This document shows positions 9,201 through 17,866 of a stretch of 34,227 nucleotides of DNA, piece after piece. Position numbers and translations under genes: made by a program. The stretch is from positions 1-34,227 of the forward strand of contig JBDRKX010000095.1 in assembly GCA_043813605.1 (NCBI GenBank), read 5' to 3'. Positions within the stretch are counted from its first letter, which is position 1. Every line of letters begins with the position of its first letter. The DNA comes from Elusimicrobiota bacterium (GTDB lineage: Bacteria > CG03 > SLGR01 > JBDRKX01). The notes beneath the pieces are model-generated. The model was given only the letters and a program-made list of their open reading frames with translations, had not been told where the DNA came from and did not search any database.

Positions 9201-9597
9201 TTTTATTCTCCAGTTTCTTTAGTATAAAATCTTTTACCCTTTTTGCTTTATCAATTGCTTCTTTTGCTTCTTCAATATCATACTCAGCGTAAATATCATT
9301 AGGATACCTTGCTTCAACGCTATATTCAGTTAATTCCCCTATTTCTTTTTCTATCTCATTAAATGAAGAATCGATCTGCAGACAAAGTTCTAATAAATAG
9401 ACCAGATCATGAACTCTTTTGAATTTTTTTCCTTTGCGAATCAGGTATGCTTTGATATATTTCTCCGCTGCCTGCTGACAGTGAAAACAGATTGTATCGG
9501 TCGGCGGATTTTCTGCCTGAATTACAATTTCCGCGTTCATTAAGTCGTTGCCGGCTTTTTTAATCCAGTTTTTTACTATATTAATTAATTCGTTCAT
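9190..9597 (-). CDS. HEPN domain-containing protein
   Basis: WIKKAGNDL...ICFHCQQAAEKYIKAYL...RVHDLVYLL...EYSVEARYP are HEPN motifs; start placed at MNELI (9597), after GAGGAAGG. Confidence 0.9.
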   Translation of the reverse strand: MNELINIVKNWIKKAGNDLMNAEIVIQAENPPTDTICFHCQQAAEKYIKAYLIRKGKKFKRVHDLVYLLELCLQIDSSFNEIEKEIGELTEYSVEARYPNDIYAEYDIEEAKEAIDKAKRVKDFILKKLENKNGI

Positions 9598-9910
9598 ATA
9601 GAATTTTCCCTTCCTCAAGAGTATCGTTTAAAAAGCTTCCGGGAACATCTTTATATTTGTCAAATTCAGAAGGCGTATATACAATAATGTCTAAAGGATA
9701 TGAATAAGGTCTTATTAATGACCTTATTCCAGCCGCTCTTTTATTGGGCTTTAAATCTGTTTCCCTTACTATTAAAAGGTCTATATCGCTGTCTTTACCC
9801 ATTTCCCCTTTTGCTCCTGAGCCGAATAAAATTATCCTTTCCGGATTAATCTTTTCGACTACGATTTTTTTTATTCTATCTATTGTTTCCCACATATTTA
9901 AGTTTCTCAT
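9581..9910 (-). CDS. Minimal nucleotidyltransferase (MNT), partner of HEPN
   Basis: IILFGSGAKGEMGKDSDIDLLIV (GS...DxD) Pol-beta superfamily motif; overlaps the HEPN gene. Confidence 0.9.
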   Translation of the reverse strand: MRNLNMWETIDRIKKIVVEKINPERIILFGSGAKGEMGKDSDIDLLIVRETDLKPNKRAAGIRSLIRPYSYPLDIIVYTPSEFDKYKDVPGSFLNDTLEEGKILYERIN

Positions 9911-9911
9911 T

Positions 9912-10310
9912 TTATTTTGCCGCCATTACAAAAAACTGTTTTTCTATTGTCTTCTCAGGAAGCCTGGAAAGGGCCGTTCTTTCGTAAAGCATACTGTCTA
10001 TTCTTTCCCTGAGAACGCGCGTGCTCCAATGCTCCTTCCGGCATAAGACCGAATAAAATTTCCGCTGCAGCTCATCTTTAACAGGCAATAGAGTTCTGAT
10101 ATGAGTCCAGCTTAATTTTTGACGCAGTGCGTCAAAAATCGGAAAAGTAAAGTAAAATAACCGGCCTATATTCCAGTAAGCTTCAGTCATTGCAAAATTT
10201 ACCGCGCGACAGGCATTGTTTCGGGCCGCTTCCAAAATATTTCGTATTTTTGAATAAACCACAGAAACTCTTTTTATGTTAGTAATGTTTTTTTTCGCGC
10301 TCTTCTTCAT
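9912..10310 (-). pseudogene. DUF1016/YhcG-like N-terminal fragment, internally deleted and 3'-truncated
   Basis: RAVNFAMTEAYWNIGRL is joined directly to FY..FPIFDALRQKLSWTH...WSTRVLRERIDSMLYER. The usual YG...GFS..NL segment and the C-terminal PD-(D/E)xK domain are absent. Confidence 0.75.
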
Positions 10311-10313
10311 TTT

Positions 10314-11333
10314 CTATTTCTCTCTTAACCGGTTTCCCTCTTTCAGCTCCCGGATTCTTTCCAGTTCCTCAAGAGCTTTGTCCCGGCATCCGACACAGTT
10401 GCCGGATGTTTCAATAATATTGTTGTATAACTCTTCCGCTTTCAGGAAATCCTTATCTTCAATATAGATATCCCCCAATGCCAGATTTAACCAATAATTG
10501 TCTTTCCTTATATTAAAACCTCTCGCCAAAATATCTTTCGCTTTTTCTCTCTGATTGTTTTTTTGATAGTAGGCCCCAAGCTTATAATGGCAGAAGACCG
10601 TTTTTTTCTGCTTTTCCTCAAATTTTAAACCTTTCACATAATATTTAAGGGCTTTTTCCGGTTTTCCGGCCGACTCGTAAAATACACCCAGGTTTATATA
10701 GTTTTTTACAAAAGAAGGCGCTTTTTTGATTCCATCCAGATACGCAGCTTCCCCTTTCTCATTATCGCCTTTTCTGCTGTAAGCCATCCCTAATATCATA
10801 TAAGCCATACCGGATTTTTTATTCATTTCAATCGTTTTTTCCAGAGTTTTTATTGCTTTGTTATAATTCCCTGACGCCAGATACGCATCACCCAATGCAA
10901 GCCAGGCATATTCGTTTTCAGGATTATTCTTTACTGCCTTCTTCATAAACGTCAGGTATGACGTGCTCTGTGCGTTTAATTTTGTCCCTTCGTTATATTC
11001 TTTAACAGCCTCCTCAGGCATATTCTTAAAATAGTAAGCTATGCCCCGGAAAAGATGCGGGAGCGGATTAGACGGTTCCGCATCCGACCACTTTCCGTTC
11101 AACTCGATCAGCGCATCCCAGTCTCCCGCAAGATATGCCCTCATCGTTTCCTGCTGATTTATAGATATGTTTTCAATGATCTCCGGCTCATCCTCTGACT
11201 CTGAGGCGGACAAATTAATCGGGTTAATAAGAAAAACAGTATTAATAATAATCGAAAAAACGAGCGCCAATGCCGCTTTAGCGGGTATAGAACTTGTTTT
11301 TTTACTATTTAATATTGAAAATACAGATTCCAT
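10314..11333 (-). CDS. Secreted tetratricopeptide repeat protein
   Basis: N-terminal hydrophobic segment; repeated AWLALGDAY, AYMILGMAY, NYINLGVFY TPR motifs. Confidence 0.85.
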   Translation of the reverse strand: MESVFSILNSKKTSSIPAKAALALVFSIIINTVFLINPINLSASESEDEPEIIENISINQQETMRAYLAGDWDALIELNGKWSDAEPSNPLPHLFRGIAYYFKNMPEEAVKEYNEGTKLNAQSTSYLTFMKKAVKNNPENEYAWLALGDAYLASGNYNKAIKTLEKTIEMNKKSGMAYMILGMAYSRKGDNEKGEAAYLDGIKKAPSFVKNYINLGVFYESAGKPEKALKYYVKGLKFEEKQKKTVFCHYKLGAYYQKNNQREKAKDILARGFNIRKDNYWLNLALGDIYIEDKDFLKAEELYNNIIETSGNCVGCRDKALEELERIRELKEGNRLREK

Positions 11334-11334
11334 A

Positions 11335-11973
11335 TTACTGCTTCCGCTCCAATATATCCAAAACTCTGCGGGCTGCCTTTTTTACCCGTTCGTCTTTATC
11401 TTTTGCGCTTTTTTTAACTGTTTTTTTTATAATTTTTTTGTCCTCGCTGTTATTCCCTGCGTATTCCAGAAGCGCGTTAACAGCGGCAACCCGGACAGAC
11501 CAGTCCGGATCTGTGTCGGCTTTTTCAATCAATTTTCCCAGTTCTTCGTCAGAGCCGGATCTGCCGAGCGAACCCACAGCAGAAGAACGGACATTCTCGC
11601 TGCCGGTATCAGCGGCCTTTAATAATTCTCTTTTCACTATTTCGGTATCAAAACCGGCCAGAGCCTCCGCCGCCATTGCCCTTGCTGTTTCTACAGAATC
11701 ATTATTCAGTATATCTATCAGGGGTTCTATGGCCCTTTTGTCGCCTATCTGGCCTAAAGCAACTATTGCGTTTATCCTGGGACCCGTTAATTCATCTTTT
11801 AATAATTCGATAAGAGCGGGAACCGCTTCCATAATTTTTTCACTGCCCAGCCTTAGCGCTTCCCTGCTCCTTTCAGAGGGGTCCTCTGATTTTAATAATT
11901 CAAATTCCGCGAATAAATTCAGCGGGGCTGAAATTAGCAGTGATATAAATAATATATTAATAATCTTTTTCAT
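11335..11973 (-). CDS. Secreted HEAT (PBS lyase-like) repeat protein
   Basis: Signal peptide; AVPALIELLKDE..RINAIVALGQIGDKRAIEPLI repeats. Confidence 0.88.
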   Translation of the reverse strand: MKKIINILFISLLISAPLNLFAEFELLKSEDPSERSREALRLGSEKIMEAVPALIELLKDELTGPRINAIVALGQIGDKRAIEPLIDILNNDSVETARAMAAEALAGFDTEIVKRELLKAADTGSENVRSSAVGSLGRSGSDEELGKLIEKADTDPDWSVRVAAVNALLEYAGNNSEDKKIIKKTVKKSAKDKDERVKKAARRVLDILERKQ

Positions 11974-12680
11974 TATTCTTCTTTTTCAGGCACCCCTTCC
12001 AGCCTTTTCCCCGCATTACCGGCCGCATCTTTTACCCTCTTGTCCTTATCTCTCCTGCCTGCTCTTTTCAGGGCTTTTTCTATGTCTTTTCTTTTGCCTT
12101 TATCTCCCCTTTCAAGCTCTACTATATTAGCCAGGGCATTAGCGGCGTTCTTCCTTACACGCCAGTTTTTATCTTCCGACACTTTTTCAAGGATCTTATC
12201 CACATCTTTTCCTTTCCCGGCTTTCCCAAGGGACCTGACCGCTGCAGCCCGTATCCTGTCGTTTTCACTGTCACAAGCCGCTAAAAGGGCTTTTCTTACC
12301 TCTGCACCGCGAAACCGGCCCAGAGTCTGGGCGGCGATAACTTTTACTCCTTCAGATGCGTCATTTTCCAGGACACTAATAATAGGAGCTATCGCCGCTT
12401 CATCCACTATCTCCCCCAGGGCGATAACAGCACAAAGACGGACATTCTCCGATTCATCACCCAGTACATCAATCAAATAAGGAATAGCCTCCTGGTTCCT
12501 TTCACTTCCCAGACGCAAAACCTCGCTCATCCTCACAACAGGATCTGTCGATTTTAGAAGTTCATATTCTGCAGACACCACCGGTACTATCCCGGCACAA
12601 ATCAACAGTGATATTATTACAGCCTGCCATAAAAATATGCCGGCGGCCATGCTCTTCTTTTTATTATTAATATTATTCAT
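11973..12680 (-). CDS. Secreted HEAT repeat protein, paralog of the downstream gene
   Basis: Signal peptide then EYELLKSTDP (vs EFELLKSEDP); AIPYLIDVLGDESENVRLCAVIALGEI repeats. Confidence 0.88.
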   Translation of the reverse strand: MNNINNKKKSMAAGIFLWQAVIISLLICAGIVPVVSAEYELLKSTDPVVRMSEVLRLGSERNQEAIPYLIDVLGDESENVRLCAVIALGEIVDEAAIAPIISVLENDASEGVKVIAAQTLGRFRGAEVRKALLAACDSENDRIRAAAVRSLGKAGKGKDVDKILEKVSEDKNWRVRKNAANALANIVELERGDKGKRKDIEKALKRAGRRDKDKRVKDAAGNAGKRLEGVPEKEE

Positions 12681-12772
12681 ATATTTATTTCTACTTTTCT
12701 AAAAATACAGAAAAATCGCATATTTCTCTATATTTTCAGAGTTTTATTGTTTTTTAGGAAATAGTTTATGGT

Positions 12773-13249
12773 TTATTCTATCAGGACAGGGATCCTGAAT
12801 CTGGGCTCGGATCCCGTTTGAAGGAACGGTTCTAAGATAAGCACAAGCAGTATGATCAGAAGGTGGATTCCGATCCTGCTTACTTTTGCTTTTGATACTA
12901 TATGCTCGGAGAAATAGGATAACAGTCTCCTCGCACCATAGAAAAAAGATACTGCTACAACAGGCAGTGTGAATATTCTAGGGATAGTGATTTTCAGTGA
13001 GTTATCGAGAGGAAATCTCTGCAGACGGCATACGCCAAACGGCGTGAGCCTCGAATATGCCCTGAGAAAAGGAGTGGTTTCAAAAGAGTATTCACATTCT
13101 ACGGGCCTGTTATACGCGTCCCGGGCATCCATCTTCATGAAATGACCGTCTGAGGCCATATTAAAAACACTGCTATTGGCGGCGTACCCTGTACCTAAAA
13201 CAGTAAAAACCAGGGCAATTATGCCTGTTGTCACATATAGTTTTCTCAT
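12773..13249 (-). CDS. Hypothetical membrane/exported protein (158 aa), possibly a remnant
   Basis: Start moved to ATG 13249 (MRKLYVTTGIIALVFTVLGTGYA, signal-like, GGA upstream) because the TTG at 13294 is the -35 box; two C-terminal hydrophobic segments ending EPRFRIP. Confidence 0.55.
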   Translation of the reverse strand: MRKLYVTTGIIALVFTVLGTGYAANSSVFNMASDGHFMKMDARDAYNRPVECEYSFETTPFLRAYSRLTPFGVCRLQRFPLDNSLKITIPRIFTLPVVAVSFFYGARRLLSYFSEHIVSKAKVSRIGIHLLIILLVLILEPFLQTGSEPRFRIPVLIE

Positions 13250-13265
13250 TTGATTATCCACTAGA

Positions 13266-13294
13266 TTTATAACATGGAAAAACTGTTTTGTCAA
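13266..13294 (-). promoter_or_regulatory. Sigma70-type promoter
   Basis: TTGACA (13294-13289), 17-bp spacer ending TGT, TATAAA (13271-13266); near-consensus. Confidence 0.75.
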
Positions 13295-13437
13295 CTATTT
13301 TAATGAACCATATTAATGGTTTTCAAGATATATATTTTATTCACGGTATTTCAGTTTAAAGATATGCGGCTTTTTCATAGAATTTCCGGGCCGTTTCAAC
13401 CCTTAGCGGCGTTACGACCATAGATTTTTTCAGGTTT

Positions 13438-14208
13438 ATAATTATGGTGACACAATTATGGTGACACAATACTTAATTATTCTTTTTAGGTCCTGGTTTT
13501 CTTTTTCTCAGTATCCTACCTGTTTTTTTCTCAAGTTTAATAAGAAATTTTTCTTCACCAAATGGTCGTCCTATACAAGTATGTTCTTTAAAACGATTGA
13601 TCTCTTTATCGGTTACCCTCTCAGCTAGAAATAATGACCAGTCTTTTATTTCTGATATTACAAAATTATCACAGCACAAAATATCTTTTTCTTTTGAAAC
13701 ATGTGATTTGGCACTTGACCATAGATAATCTTCTGCTTTTTCTACTAATCCTGCTCTTACCGGATTGTTTTCAATATATCTTATTGCACTATAAAGATAA
13801 AATTCATCTAAAGGATATGAAAGGAATCTTCCCTGCCACAGATACCCACTCCAGCCTTCCCGGTTATTAATCATACTTGTATAGTTTCTATGCGCTTCAC
13901 CTATTCCTCTTGCCAGGCTTGTTTCTTCTTTTGGTACTGCTATTAAATGAACATGATTATCCATTAAACAATATGCCCAAAATTCTATTCCAGATTTCTG
14001 TGCATGTTTTTTGATAATATTCAGGTAGTCTATTTTATCTTGATTATTAAAAAAAACTTTTTGTCTGCGATTTCCTCTTTGTATAATATGATGAGGATAA
14101 TTCGGGACTACAATACGTGCCAATCTTGTCATGTTTTTATTTTATTATAATGATAGTAATTTAGCAATAATTAAGTATTGTGTCACCATAATTAGTCACC
14201 ATAATTAT
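13438..14208. mobile_element. RAYT element bounded by perfect 28-bp inverted repeats (13454-13481; 14166-14193), each with an outer partial copy
   Basis: AATTATGGTGACACAATACTTAATTATT and its exact reverse complement; partial copies at 13438-13453 and 14194-14208; lower GC than neighbours. Confidence 0.85.
13473..14132 (-). CDS. REP-associated tyrosine transposase (RAYT, Y1 HUH superfamily)
   Basis: MTRLARIVVPNYPHHIIQRGNRRQKVF; AYCLMDNHVHL (HUH); LWQGRF; YIENNPVRAGLV...YLWSSA; the stop codon lies inside the left repeat. Confidence 0.92.
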   Translation of the reverse strand: MTRLARIVVPNYPHHIIQRGNRRQKVFFNNQDKIDYLNIIKKHAQKSGIEFWAYCLMDNHVHLIAVPKEETSLARGIGEAHRNYTSMINNREGWSGYLWQGRFLSYPLDEFYLYSAIRYIENNPVRAGLVEKAEDYLWSSAKSHVSKEKDILCCDNFVISEIKDWSLFLAERVTDKEINRFKEHTCIGRPFGEEKFLIKLEKKTGRILRKRKPGPKKNN

Positions 14209-14229
14209 GTGCGGAGTTTTCACAGGTTA

Positions 14230-17200
14230 TTAACACTTTTTTAGCCCTTTTTGCTTATTCTTCAGTTCTACGAGTTTTTTTATCTCGGCTATTTCATTTT
14301 TTACTGTAATAAAAACATCTTTACCGGTCACTTCTCTTTCAATACGCTCACCCGAAGATAGTCTCAATATCAATATGTATCTTTCCATTATTACACTGTC
14401 AATACCGGCTTCTGCCGCAATTATCTTTACTTCTATTACTCTAAACAGATTCTTAAGCTCTTCGGGAACAGGGCCGAACCTGTCTTCCATCTCAGTCTCT
14501 ATCTCCGAAAGCGCGCCGGAATCACTCAAACCCGATAACCTCCTGTAAAAAGCCAGACGTAAACCTGATGAATCTATGTAGGACTCCGGTATATATGCCG
14601 ATACCGGTAAAGATATCTCCACTTCCAGAGGTTCAACATATTTCTCGCCTTTGAGCTTTGATATCTCTTCCTTTAATATAGACGAATAGAGCTCAAACCC
14701 GACTTTCATTATGTTGCCGTGCTGTTCGGGGCCTAAAAGGTCCCCGGCTCCTCTTATATTAAGATCCCTGAGCGCAAGCTGGAATCCGCTGCCCATAGCC
14801 GAGAATGAAGTCAATGCCGATAACCTTTCTTTTACCCTGCCGGTCATGTCTATATGTCCGGGATACATCAGGTAACAGTATGCCTTCATATTGCTCCTGC
14901 CTATCCGGCCCCTCAACTGATATATATCGGCAAGACCGAGCCTGTGGGAATAATCTATTATCATCGTATTGACATTCGGCAGATCCAGTCCGTTTTCTAT
15001 TATTGTCGTCGATACCAGGCAATCGAACCTGCCTTCGATAAAATCAGACATCACCTCGTTTATTTTTTCAGACGGCATCCGCCCGTGTATCGACCTGAAC
15101 GATATTCCCTTTATATCCTCTTCCAGCCGTTTAGCAACAGTTTTTATCGTTCCTACCCTGGAATGGACATAATAACACTGCCCGCCTCTTTTTACTTCAC
15201 GAAGTATAGCTTCACGGACAGTTTCCATGTCGTACGGCATTGTCTGCGTCAGTATTCCCTGCCGGCCGGGAGGCGGAGTGTTTATAAGTGAAAACCCTTT
15301 CAGTTTTCCCATCGCCATTGCCAGTGTACGCGGTATGGGAGTAGCCGTAGTAGTCAGAACGTCGACATTACCGAACTTGAACCTCAGTTTTTCTTTCTGT
15401 TCCACTCCGAAACGCTGCTCTTCGTCTACTATTATCAGTCCGAGCGAGGGAAATTTCAGTTCCCCGGAAAGAAGCCTGTGCGTACCTATAACTATATCCA
15501 CCTTGCCGTCATTGACTCTTCTTATGGTACTTTTCTGTTCCATGGGAGTAACAAGCCGCGAAAGCATCTCTATTATGACAGGACTGTTCTTGAACCTTTC
15601 CCTGAACCTGTGAAAATGCTGCCTGGCAAGTACGGTTGTCGGCGCCAGAAGTGCTACCTGGTACCCGTTAAGTACCGCCCTGAAAGCGGCCCTCATAGCG
15701 ACTTCGGTCTTGCCGTACCCGACATCACCGCAGACAAGCCTGTCCATAGTGTTTTCTGAAGCCATATCATTCAATACTTCGTCGACAGCCATCTCCTGGT
15801 GCCTGGTGAGTATATACGGAAAATAACCGGCAAATTCCTCTTCCATATCCGGATACGGTTTAAACGAGATACCTCTTTTTTCCCTTGATTTAAACAGTTT
15901 TATCAGCTGTTTTGAGAAATCCCGTACGGATTCCCGTACCCTGTATGTGGTCTTACCCCAGCTTTTTCCTGAAAGCGAATCAAGCTTGGTTTTCCATTTG
16001 CTCCCTATATATTTCTGTATGACATCGGCATTCTCTACGGCGACATAGAGCCGGCCGCTGCCCGAGTACCTCAGTTTAAGAAAATCACTGACAGCTGACG
16101 CGTGCTCTCTTTTTTCTATTCCCTCATATATGCCTATACCGAATTTTCTGTGTATGACGTAGTCTCCCGGATTCAAGTCGGAAAATTCCGTAACCGGATG
16201 GATGGGAGGAAGGCCGCGCCTGGGCGTCCTGTAAGACGGGAAAACATCGCCTATTGTCACTAAAGCGGTCTTGATATCTTCTGCAATAAACCCTTTCTGA
16301 AGAAAAGAGACTATCCCCTCACCTTCTATACCGGTTTCTTCTCTGACTGTCTCTTTCAGTTTTTTAAGTTCTTTTTCACACGGCGCACTGAGTATGATCC
16401 TGTATGAAGAAACTGCCAGCGCTTCCAGCTCTTTTTTTATATCGCTGAAAGATTTTGTTAATCCTAATGTCCCTGAACTGAAGAACATATCCGCTTTTTC
16501 AACATTTACACAACAGATAGACCGGCCCCTCCCCAGATGCGGCACTTCCTGCAAAGCTGAAATTCCGGCCCCGGCGCCTTCAAGGAACACCGTAATAAAA
16601 TCTTCTCCCAGATATTCTGACAGGGTTGACGATACACCTTCCTGATATTGTGCCGGTATTATTTCACAAGAGGCGGCATCCTTTATTGTACGCTGGCTCA
16701 ACGGATCGAACTCTTTTATCCGCATGATCCTGTCGAGCCGGAATATGATCCTGTACGGATACTCTGCGTCAGGCGGCCAGAAGTCTATAACAGTACCTCT
16801 CCTGGCGAATTCTCCGGATTCACCTACAACATCATTTCGCGTATATCCTGCATCATATAGTCTTTTTAAAACATCTTCATACGACGATATACCTGTATCT
16901 ATTTTAAATGAAGCGCCCTTAAATTCTATTGGTGACGGGATCTTCTCTCTGATAGATCTCTCACAGGCTATCACAGCCCGCGGTACGCCTGACTCTAGCG
17001 CTCTGATGACTTCTATCTGTTGCGCAGGGTAATCCAAAGGGAACGCAAGCGGTTTTTCAGGATTGAAGGCTTCCAGCATATCCATCCATTCGGGGATCTC
17101 TTTTTCTTTGTCGACAACAATGAGCATATTCAACCCGATCCGTACAAAGAGAGACGACAGCAAGGATGCAAGCGGACCGCTGCTCAGACCGCTTATGTTT

Positions 17201-17277
17201 ATACTGTTTTGCGGTGAAAGGTTCTTTACGAGTTTTTCGAGATATATGCTTCCTTTCCAGATATCGACTATATCCAT
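14230..17277 (-). CDS. mfd: Transcription-repair coupling factor
   Basis: UvrB-homology GEFARRGTVIDFWP, RID GDYVIHRKFGIGIY, DRLVCGDVGYGKTEVA, DEEQRFG, TATPIPRTL, YQLRGRIGRS, DLNIRGAGDLLG, TRCF domain. Confidence 0.97.
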   Translation of the reverse strand: MDIVDIWKGSIYLEKLVKNLSPQNSINISGLSSGPLASLLSSLFVRIGLNMLIVVDKEKEIPEWMDMLEAFNPEKPLAFPLDYPAQQIEVIRALESGVPRAVIACERSIREKIPSPIEFKGASFKIDTGISSYEDVLKRLYDAGYTRNDVVGESGEFARRGTVIDFWPPDAEYPYRIIFRLDRIMRIKEFDPLSQRTIKDAASCEIIPAQYQEGVSSTLSEYLGEDFITVFLEGAGAGISALQEVPHLGRGRSICCVNVEKADMFFSSGTLGLTKSFSDIKKELEALAVSSYRIILSAPCEKELKKLKETVREETGIEGEGIVSFLQKGFIAEDIKTALVTIGDVFPSYRTPRRGLPPIHPVTEFSDLNPGDYVIHRKFGIGIYEGIEKREHASAVSDFLKLRYSGSGRLYVAVENADVIQKYIGSKWKTKLDSLSGKSWGKTTYRVRESVRDFSKQLIKLFKSREKRGISFKPYPDMEEEFAGYFPYILTRHQEMAVDEVLNDMASENTMDRLVCGDVGYGKTEVAMRAAFRAVLNGYQVALLAPTTVLARQHFHRFRERFKNSPVIIEMLSRLVTPMEQKSTIRRVNDGKVDIVIGTHRLLSGELKFPSLGLIIVDEEQRFGVEQKEKLRFKFGNVDVLTTTATPIPRTLAMAMGKLKGFSLINTPPPGRQGILTQTMPYDMETVREAILREVKRGGQCYYVHSRVGTIKTVAKRLEEDIKGISFRSIHGRMPSEKINEVMSDFIEGRFDCLVSTTIIENGLDLPNVNTMIIDYSHRLGLADIYQLRGRIGRSNMKAYCYLMYPGHIDMTGRVKERLSALTSFSAMGSGFQLALRDLNIRGAGDLLGPEQHGNIMKVGFELYSSILKEEISKLKGEKYVEPLEVEISLPVSAYIPESYIDSSGLRLAFYRRLSGLSDSGALSEIETEMEDRFGPVPEELKNLFRVIEVKIIAAEAGIDSVIMERYILILRLSSGERIEREVTGKDVFITVKNEIAEIKKLVELKNKQKGLKKC

Positions 17278-17681
17278 TATCCCTTGAATATCTTATCCAG
17301 AAGCTGTTTATCCGACGGGTAACTGAGCAGTTTTACCGCTTCATCATATGGTGACCAGCGGATTTCCGATATGTTTTTTCCCTGCTTTCCTTTTTTTCCG
17401 GCAGAAGTCATCAGGAACCAGTATACCCTTTTTATGACCGTTTTTCCTTTCCTGTGAAAGATATATCCCGTGCGGCCGGCTTGTGTGTCTACAATTGAAT
17501 CATACCCGGTCTCCTCCAGTACCTCCCTCACCGCGGCTTCCCGTGAAATTTCGCCTTTTTCTATTTTGCCCTTGGGAAATGTCCATACTTCTTCCTGCCT
17601 AAGGTTTTTAGTTTTTATAAGGAGGATATCTCCGCCGGTTCTGACAATACCGCCGGCCGAAAACTCGAATTCAGTATTCAT
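17277..17681 (-). CDS. Nudix hydrolase (Ap4A hydrolase-like)
   Basis: SAGGIV; Nudix box PKGKIEKGEISREAAVREVLEETG. Confidence 0.9.
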   Translation of the reverse strand: MNTEFEFSAGGIVRTGGDILLIKTKNLRQEEVWTFPKGKIEKGEISREAAVREVLEETGYDSIVDTQAGRTGYIFHRKGKTVIKRVYWFLMTSAGKKGKQGKNISEIRWSPYDEAVKLLSYPSDKQLLDKIFKG

Positions 17682-17689
17682 ATAAACAG

Positions 17690-17862
17690 AGCTATAAGTT
17701 TTAAGCTATAAGCTGTATGTACTGAATCTGAATATTTCCTGTCATCAGTTTTAAGTCTTAAGTTATACGTTGTAAGCATAATTATTAATATTAAATTTTC
17801 TTATCTTACAACTTACCACTTACAACTTACTTCTTACCGCTTACCACTTACTTCTTACAGCT
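17690..17862. repeat. Intergenic inverted heptamer-array element containing an 89-bp unit (17742-17830)
   Basis: (nnnTAAG)n on the left, (CTTAnnn)n on the right; 17742-17830 matches 34036-34124 with one mismatch. Confidence 0.85.
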
Positions 17863-17866
17863 GATA

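Noticed and set aside
13250..13294. TTG start for the 173-aa ORF
   Set aside because: The TTG is part of a TTGACA -35 box; ATG 13249 gives a signal peptide and RBS.
13473..14132. IS200/IS605 TnpA or TnpB-associated element
   Set aside because: Length and the QRGN, WQGRF and NPVRAG motifs fit RAYT; no tnpB is adjacent.
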